Source: Octopus sinensis (lineage: Eukaryota). Taken from it: a stretch of 64,000 nucleotides of DNA. This document shows positions 15,099 to 64,000 of this stretch, in pieces. Both the position numbers and the translations under genes were made by a program. The notes under the pieces were generated by a model that saw only the letters and a program-made list of their open reading frames with translations, did not search any database and was not told where the DNA came from. How positions within the stretch are numbered: the first letter of the stretch is position 1; each line of letters opens with the position of its first letter. The DNA lies in assembly GCF_006345805.1 (NCBI RefSeq), contig NC_043012.1:36766001-36830000 (forward strand), written 5' to 3'.

Positions 15099-15898
15099 CA
15101 ACTCTGGGGTACTAAATGACTTTCTGCGTTTTCAATGTCCACTTCCAAATTTTTAAGGTAAGGTGAATTTTCTTGTTGCTGTTTAATCTTTTTTCTTTTC
15201 CTTTATTTGCTTCTGTCATTAGACTGTGGTCATGCTGGGGCACTGCTTTGAAGAATTTTAATTAAATGAATCGGCCCCAGTGGTTATTTTTTTTTTTTAA
15301 GCCTGTTACTTATTTCTAGTGAACTCTGTTGGTGAACTGCGAAGTTACAAGGACATAAACACACCAACGCTGGTTGTCAAGTGGCGGTGGGAAACAAATA
15401 CAGACACAAAGACACTCACACATACATATATATGGAGACAGATAGTCTGTGACGCTTACCAAAATATACAGTTATGGCGAAACAACATATAAAACAACAT
15501 ATAAAAAAACACGGTTCCTCACCTGAGGAAACACAACTTCTCCTAGAATGAATGACAATTGATTGTACAGCATCTTACCTGTACAGCATCTTACCTTTCA
15601 TATGAGGTACAGATGCTTGATAAGTTGAAACGAGATTGTTGTGGTTTTGAATAAAGAGTCTTGTGAATTCCAGTTTCTATCTTTCATCTTTTTTATGTAA
15701 ATTCAATGGACACAAAGGAATTCCTGAAGTAAATTCAGTGGCATATACCTCCATACTGTTGTTGACATCAGATAGCCAAATACTGTGAACAGGCTTTAAA
15801 CAGCATATACAAGGTGTATACCTGGATATATAAAATTACTACATGCATATATATGTATGTGTGTGTATATAAATATATATAAATAAACAAAAAAAAAA

Positions 15899-15930
<32 letters not shown>

Positions 15931-16423
15931 ATATATATATATATATATGTATAAATAAATAAATAAATATATATATATAAATAAATATATATCATCATCA
16001 TCATCATCATTTAGCGTCCGCTTTCCATGCTAGCATGGGTTGGACGGTTCAACTGGGGTCTGTGAAGCCAGAAGGCTATGTATTAATATATGTGTATATA
16101 TATATGTGTGTGTGTATATATATGTGTGTGTATGTATATATATATGTATAAGGATGAAAAGGAACACACGAGTTGATATATATATATATATATATATTTC
16201 GTTTTTGGTTTGCAAGATTCTTTATGTGAGTTCGTGTGTTGAAGCATATTCTGTTGTGTCTGGGGAGAGTAATTTTCTTTTTGTGCCTTATTATGTAACA
16301 CACTCACCTGTAAAATTTCCACGTTTTTCTTGTTTTTTATTGTCCTAAAATTTTCATTGCGTCTTTTCAATAGTTTTGACTATTGAAAAGGTTGCAAGAA
16401 AATGACTCTCCCCAGACACAACA

Positions 16424-16471
<48 letters not shown>

Positions 16472-17084
16472 ATGTAGATATATGATGGGCTTTTTTCAGT
16501 TTCCATCTACCAAATCTACTGACAAATTTTTATTGTTGTTGTTGCCGCTGCTGCTACTGTTGTTGTTTAATCCCAGGACAATCCTAATTGACTAGATCTA
16601 TGATCAAAAGCATTCCAGCCATGACAATCCCATGTAATCCTTCTTTGAGGCATAGTCTACCTCTGATTCCATCATCTTGTGCATTCTTTGTTCAGACAGT
16701 ATGCGGGAAGTTTTAGCTGTTATTTCTTGCATGCTGAATGATCATGTAGAGGCTCCAGTAGTAGTAGTCGTAGTAGTAGTAGCAGCAGCAGCAGTAGCTG
16801 TTTTTGTTGTTTAGCTTAAGGTCAAGCCTGATCCATGAAATTATCTGGTCAAAAGCATTCTAGTGATGACCATCCAGTCCTTATTTTAGAAATTATATTA
16901 CATCAATGTGTCCTTCCTATTTCAATATAGTTGCATGTGATTTGAGAGAAATTTGACTTCTATTTCTAGCAAATGGGGTGAACACATAGATGCTCTGTTG
17001 TTAGTAGTAGTAGAAGTAGTAATAGTAGTAGCAGCAGCAACTGTTGTTTAACCCCAGGTTAGCTTGAACCAAGAGGACTGAATG

Positions 17085-18105
17085 ATCAAGAAAGCCAAGT
17101 ATAGGGGTTTATCTTTGGCTAAGTGTTTCTCCTGCAGTTGCCAAACCAGAAATATAGCATCAGTGATGCTTCTATCTGGCACAAAACCAAACTGCATCTC
17201 ATCTAAGCAGACTCTCTCCCTAATTAGTTGGGCTATGACCCTCTCCGTGACCTTCATCACCTGATCCAGAAGTTGCTTCTATCTAAAGCATCACCTTTAC
17301 CCTTGTAGCAGTTGACTATGGTGCTGCTACACCAGTCATTGGGTATGGCTCCATTATGAACTACCTGGTTTACAATGCGGGTGACTAGGCCATAACCCAC
17401 ACCACCTGATATTTTAAGCACTTTAGCAGTGATTCCTGATGTGCCAGGGACTTTTCCTGACTTCATACCCTTAATTGCTTTATCTACCAGGGTGCTGTCT
17501 ATTCGGATAGCTGGTCCCTCTACTAAGTCAACATTTGGCAGGCTCTCCTCCTCTCATTCATTACTCCACATTCAGTAGCCTTTCATAATCGCTTCTCCAA
17601 GCCCCTTTCTTTTCAGAATCATTAAAGGCAAGTGCACCATCATCCATGCAGACACATTTCTCTCCTGTGACTTCACAGTTTTCTATAACACATTGTTTTG
17701 CAATCCGAAATACCTCAGTTCTTTGGTCCTCACATCGTTGAACATTGGCAAACTTCTTCTTTTCTGCTTCTCCCTTGGCTATGTATACCTGTTGCCCAGC
17801 CTTGCTTCTGGCTATCTAGTGTCGTTCCCTGCTGCCCCCACTCTTCCAGGTTTTCCAAGCATGTTTCTTTGTTCTAATGACTTTGTCTACTGTATTATTC
17901 CACCATCACACTATTCTAAGTCTGGAAGGGACTTTGCACCATCTGCAGATTTGGTCTGTGGCACTCAGTAAGGTGTCCTGTAGAAATTTCCAGCTAGCCT
18001 CTATGTCTGAAGTCTGTAGCTCCTCCTTCACATCAAATTTCTTGATGAGGATGTCCCTAAATCTCTCTCCTCCTCTCTCTCTTTCTCTCAGCAGTGGATC
18101 ATGGA
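17085..18105 (-). mobile_element. RTE LINE ORF2 fragment (linker plus RT N-terminus)
   Basis: MKSGKVPGTSGITA..DWCSSTIVNCYKGKGDALDRSN and MQFGFVPDRSITDAIFLVWQLQEK. Confidence 0.85.
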
Positions 18106-18953
18106 CTGGCAACTCAAGCTGGCTGTGGACAATTGTACCACCATGCATTTTGGGAGGAGAAACCCAGCGTCCACCTACTCCCTCCACAACACTAATCTCA
18201 AAAAGTCTTCGTGTGAATGTGACCTGGGTGTTATTGTTGACAGTGATTTGCGTTGGACAAAACACATTGATAAAATTGCCAAGAAGGCTGAGGGTGTCTT
18301 GGCATCACTCACCAAGTCCTTTGTGAGCCACTCTCCGACTATCTATCTGCGACTTTATATAGCTATGGTAAGACCTCACCTGGAATTTGCATCACCGGTC
18401 TGGAACTCCTATCTTGCCCAGGATATCAATCGTCTGGATGTCATTCATCGAAGTGCAACCAAAAGAATACCCTCCATCAGGCATTTGCCATATTCTGAAC
18501 GCCTTACTTCCCTGGGCATGGACACATTGAAACAGACACCCATAAAATATCAACCATCTTACAAACAATAACTCTGAGCACCTTTTCGAACTCCACCCGT
18601 CTAACACCCGTGGACATATTTACAAAGTCAGAAAACAGCACAGCTCCCATGACTTTGGGAAACATTTTTTCACGCTGAGAGTTGCTGAAGCAAGGAACAA
18701 ACTGCTGGCATCAGTTGTGAGTTGTCGGAGCACTGCATCCTTCAAAACTTCCATGCTTTCTGAGATTCGCCAACACTACACCTGATTTCCTCCCCTCCAT
18801 ACACACACAAGCATGTATCTGACTCATACATTGTTCACTTTCCAGACATTTGTACATTACTGCATATACTTTATACGCACTTTCTGACAAGTTGTGGTGC
18901 ACCTGAGCACTGTATACAATAATTTCATTATTATTATTATTATTATTATTATT
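18106..18953 (+). mobile_element. CR1 LINE 3' fragment with (ATT)n tail
   Basis: CTTMHFGRRNP..DLGVIVDSDLRWTKHI..VRPHLEFASPVWN; 3' UTR ends caataatttc(att)n. A second 3' fragment of the same family lies at about 27240-27570. Confidence 0.85.
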
Positions 18954-20467
18954 TATATATATATATATAAATGATGATGATATATGTGTGTGTTTGTGCT
19001 TTCGGTGTGAATGGTTTTTAATGGCGCCGAGTTTACAATCCTGTAAATAATAATAATGGTATTTTTTATATAAGCTTAAAACTTATGGTGATCACTGTGC
19101 AATAACTAAGGAATATGGTCTATTAAAGGAGCATATAAGCCCTTGACAGAAAAAAGAAGGCTTTCCTATCCGTGTGGGAGCCGAACCCACAACCCTTTGT
19201 TAAGGCAACTAAGAGTGTTACCTTTGTGTATTTTAATATATATATATATATATATATTTCGTTTTTGAATTTGCTTTGCAAGATTCTTTATGTGAGTTCG
19301 TGTGTTGAAGCATTTTCTGTTGTGTCTGGGGGAGAGTCATTCTCTTTTAGTGCCTTATAATTTAACACTCACTGGTAAAATTTTCACTTATCTCTTTTTT
19401 GTTTTTCTAAAATTTTTGTTGTGTCTTGCAACTTTTTCAATAGTTTTTCAGCTATTGAAAAGGTTGTAAGACGCAACGAAAAGTTTAGAAAACAAAAAAG
19501 ACATACGTGGAAATTTTACCATATATATATTATATCTTCGGTATATTATTGTTATTTTAATTTTAATATTTCTATTATATGTAATTTTTTAGATGGTGTA
19601 ATTTAATTATTCATTTTGAATTGATAAAAGGTGTTCTTTTCTAATTTTTTATATATATATTATATTTTGTGAAATTTGCTTTAGTATTTCTAAATTGAAT
19701 TTTTCCCTGTAAGTTAGGAATAATATTTCCTCAAATAATTATTATATATATATTATATTTATACACATACACACATGCACCCACACACACAAACACACAC
19801 ACAAAACTATATTGTTCTAATATGGCCTTCCTTTCTTTAGATGGTAAGATGTGATTTGAGAGAGATTTGGCAGCTATTTCTCACAGGTTGAGCAAATACA
19901 GAGATTTCTTGGATAATTTGGGAGATTGATGGAGTTTGTTGCTTGATTGAATCATCCCCCACCATGTTCAGACCAGGGCCCTCTGGTTTGAGGACATCCA
20001 CCTCCTTCTCTCTCCCACTAGTCTTGGGGTCCTTGTAAAGTGGCATAGGCACTGCTTTTCCTTCCTAAAATTACCACTACTACTACTACTGCTGCTGCCA
20101 CCACCACTGCCACCATTTTGGTGCCATGAGTATCATTCTTATGGACACACTCGTAAACACTCACACTCTCGCACACACACACACACATAAATGTGCACAC
20201 TTCACACACACACACACACATCCACATGCACACAGATGTCCACATACACATTTATACAAAGTGCTGGACCCTAACTGTGGAAGGAACATGTGGAAGGTGT
20301 AGACCCAGCAAGATGTGGGATGATGTGGTGAGAAAGGATCTCCTGATGCTGGGCCTCACTGAGGAAATGACAAAGGGCTAGGAGTTGTGGGGATTTGCTG
20401 CACTTGAGATGTGCCAAGCTAATTAAAATCGCTGTCTTCCATACTTACAGGATTGTCCTTTACAGCG

Positions 20468-20700
20468 GTGAGCTGGCAGAAACGTTAGCGCGCTGGACAA
20501 AATGCTTTGCGGTATTTCATCTTCCGCTACGTTCTGAGTTCAAATTCCGCCAAGGCCGACATTGCCTTTCATCCTTTCGGGGTCGATTAAATAAGTACCA
20601 GTTACACACTGCGGTCGATATAATCAACTTAATCCGTTTGTCTGTCCTTGTTTGTCCCCTCTATGTTTAGCCACTTGTGGGTAGTAAAGAAATAGGTATC
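20468..20700 (+). mobile_element. Third SINE family (gagctggcagaa..ctttcatcctttcggggtcgataaa core)
   Basis: Recurs at about 21420-21530 (-), 23230-23400, 28800-29000, 33980-34180 and 45080-45250. Confidence 0.7.
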
Positions 20701-22516
20701 GGTGCCACTGCATTTTTACACTTGTGCCAGTGGCATGTAAAAAGCACCCAGCATTTTCACACTCATTTCACAAGGTTTGCACAGGTCAGTAAGTCTTCTC
20801 CAATGTCACACTCTCATCATTTAACGTCCATCTTCCATCCTTGGCATGAGTCAGACAGTTTGACTGGAGCTGGTAAGCCAGAGGACTGCTCCAAACTCCA
20901 CTGCTAAAGCTAAACCACTTTGCAGAGAGGACTGGATGCTCTTTTACATGGTGCTAGCATTGGTGAGGTAACCAAGTGACTTGTGAGACAAAAGAAGATC
21001 CTTTGAGAGGGGTGGGGTGGGGCGATATTGAAGGGAGAGGTTTTGTTGTAGAGGAGGTATATGGTTACCCCAGTTGGAAGCAGAGAGACAGAGAGAGAGA
21101 GAGATGGTAGTGATGGGTTAGGGTATACCTCAAGGTACAAGTATGTGAATATATGTAGAACGGAGAGGATTGTGCAGGGTGTATCAGTAGAGTTCATAAA
21201 AGTGCAAAGGGGGAGGGGAGAAGTGAGGGGATGGGGTGAAGGGGGGGGACTGCCATGAGTGAGGAAACCCAGGTATATATAAGGGTGGTGGAATGACAGA
21301 ATAGCAATGATACGTTTGGCTGGTGGGAAGATCAGAACTGAACTCCTGGAGTGAGGAGGGAGAGATAAGCATAAAGTAGGAAGTTGAAAAGATGAGAGGA
21401 AGAGAAGAGGACATGCTGTTTGAAAGGCAAAGTTGACCTCGGTGGAATTTGAACTCAGAACGTAAAGACAGATGAAATACTGCTAAGCATTTTGCCCGGC
21501 GTGCTAACATTTCTGCCAGCTTGCCACCTTTCTTAATAATAATAATAATGATAATGATGATGACGATGACGCAGTGCTCAGGAACGCTCAACTTCTATGT
21601 GCATGTGTGTTAATTTATGTGTAAGGTTGTGTGTGTAAATATGTGTGAATTTATGTGTGTGTATGTGTATATATATTATATATATATGTGTGTGTGTGTG
21701 TGTATGTATATCTGTATGCTTGAGTTTTTTATGTGTATATGTCGTGGCACTCCATTGGTTATGACGACGAGGGTTCCAGTTGATCCGATCAACGGAACAG
21801 CCTGCTCGTGAAATTAACGTGTAAGTGGCTGAGTACTTCATAGATACGTGTATCCTTAACTTAGTTCTTGGGGAGATTCAACATGACACAGAGTGTGACA
21901 AGAAACAGGATGAAAGAGTGGGAGAAAGTTGTGGTGAAAGACTACAGGTATCCCTCACTTCCACCCGAAGCCTCGTGGAGTTTTAGGTGTTTTCACCCAA
22001 TAAACGCTCACAGCGCCCGGTCCTGGAATCGAAACCACGATCCTACGACCTCGTGTCCGCTGCCCTAACCACTGGGCCATTACGCCTCCACTATGTTATC
22101 CACATGTAGAGGTGTGTGTGTAAGCATGCTAATTCAGTATAAGGGAAATAACTCCTGGTTTAACAAGCGCCAGGACCAGCAAAAACAAGAAAAACGATTC
22201 TCCATAAATATCTTTTTTTTTCTGTACTCGTTTCAATCATTTGGCCGCGGCCATGCTGGGGCATCGCCCTGGAGAGTCTTTAATTGAAAGAATCGACACC
22301 AGGACTTAGGTTTTTTTAAAGCCTGGTATTCTATTTCATAAGGTTTTTTTTAATGAGCTACTGATGTTACAGGGATGTAAACACACCAACACCAGTTGTC
22401 AAGTGAGGCAGAGGGGCAAACACAAACTCGAAGAAACACACAGACACACATTCAGAATTCCTATAAAAATCTATCGTAATCCACCATACTAATACCATTT
22501 TCTTCATGTTCCAGGA

Positions 22517-63884
<41,368 letters not shown>

Positions 63885-64000
63885 GTAAATTACTGTTATT
63901 TCATCGCCATTTTTACTTCTCTTAATACTATTTGAGAGTGTGTACCCTTATATAAGATATACGGGCCAAGAAGGAGCCTCCATTATGTCACTCGACCTGC

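Overview
AT-rich, microsatellite-laden animal DNA. The (TA)n/(CA)n/(CAT)n density and SINE families suggest an octopus or other coleoid cephalopod; this is inference, not verified. The main content is one large, repeat-riddled, plus-strand gene. I assembled it by hand into 22 phase-compatible coding exons (22517 to 63884, about 800 aa, continuing past the window). It encodes a highly divergent plexin-like receptor: signal peptide, only the C-terminal part of a Sema domain, a degenerate PSI, three IPT/TIG domains, a TM helix, and a plexin RasGAP/RBD cytoplasmic region with the arginine finger retained. The ectodomain is only about 500 aa against about 1200 aa in canonical plexins, so this looks like an N-terminally truncated 'mini-plexin'. 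Introns and the upstream 22 kb hold RTE, CR1, Tx1, R4/Dong, CRE and Penelope retroelement remnants, Tc1/mariner remnants, three Helitrons, a fold-back MITE, many SINEs, Penelope-type hammerhead-like motifs, two near-perfect tandem duplications and a decayed unidentified ORF split by a Tx1 insertion. All protein-family alignments were made by eye against remembered consensus sequences; no search was run. No rRNA, intact tRNA or CRISPR array was found.
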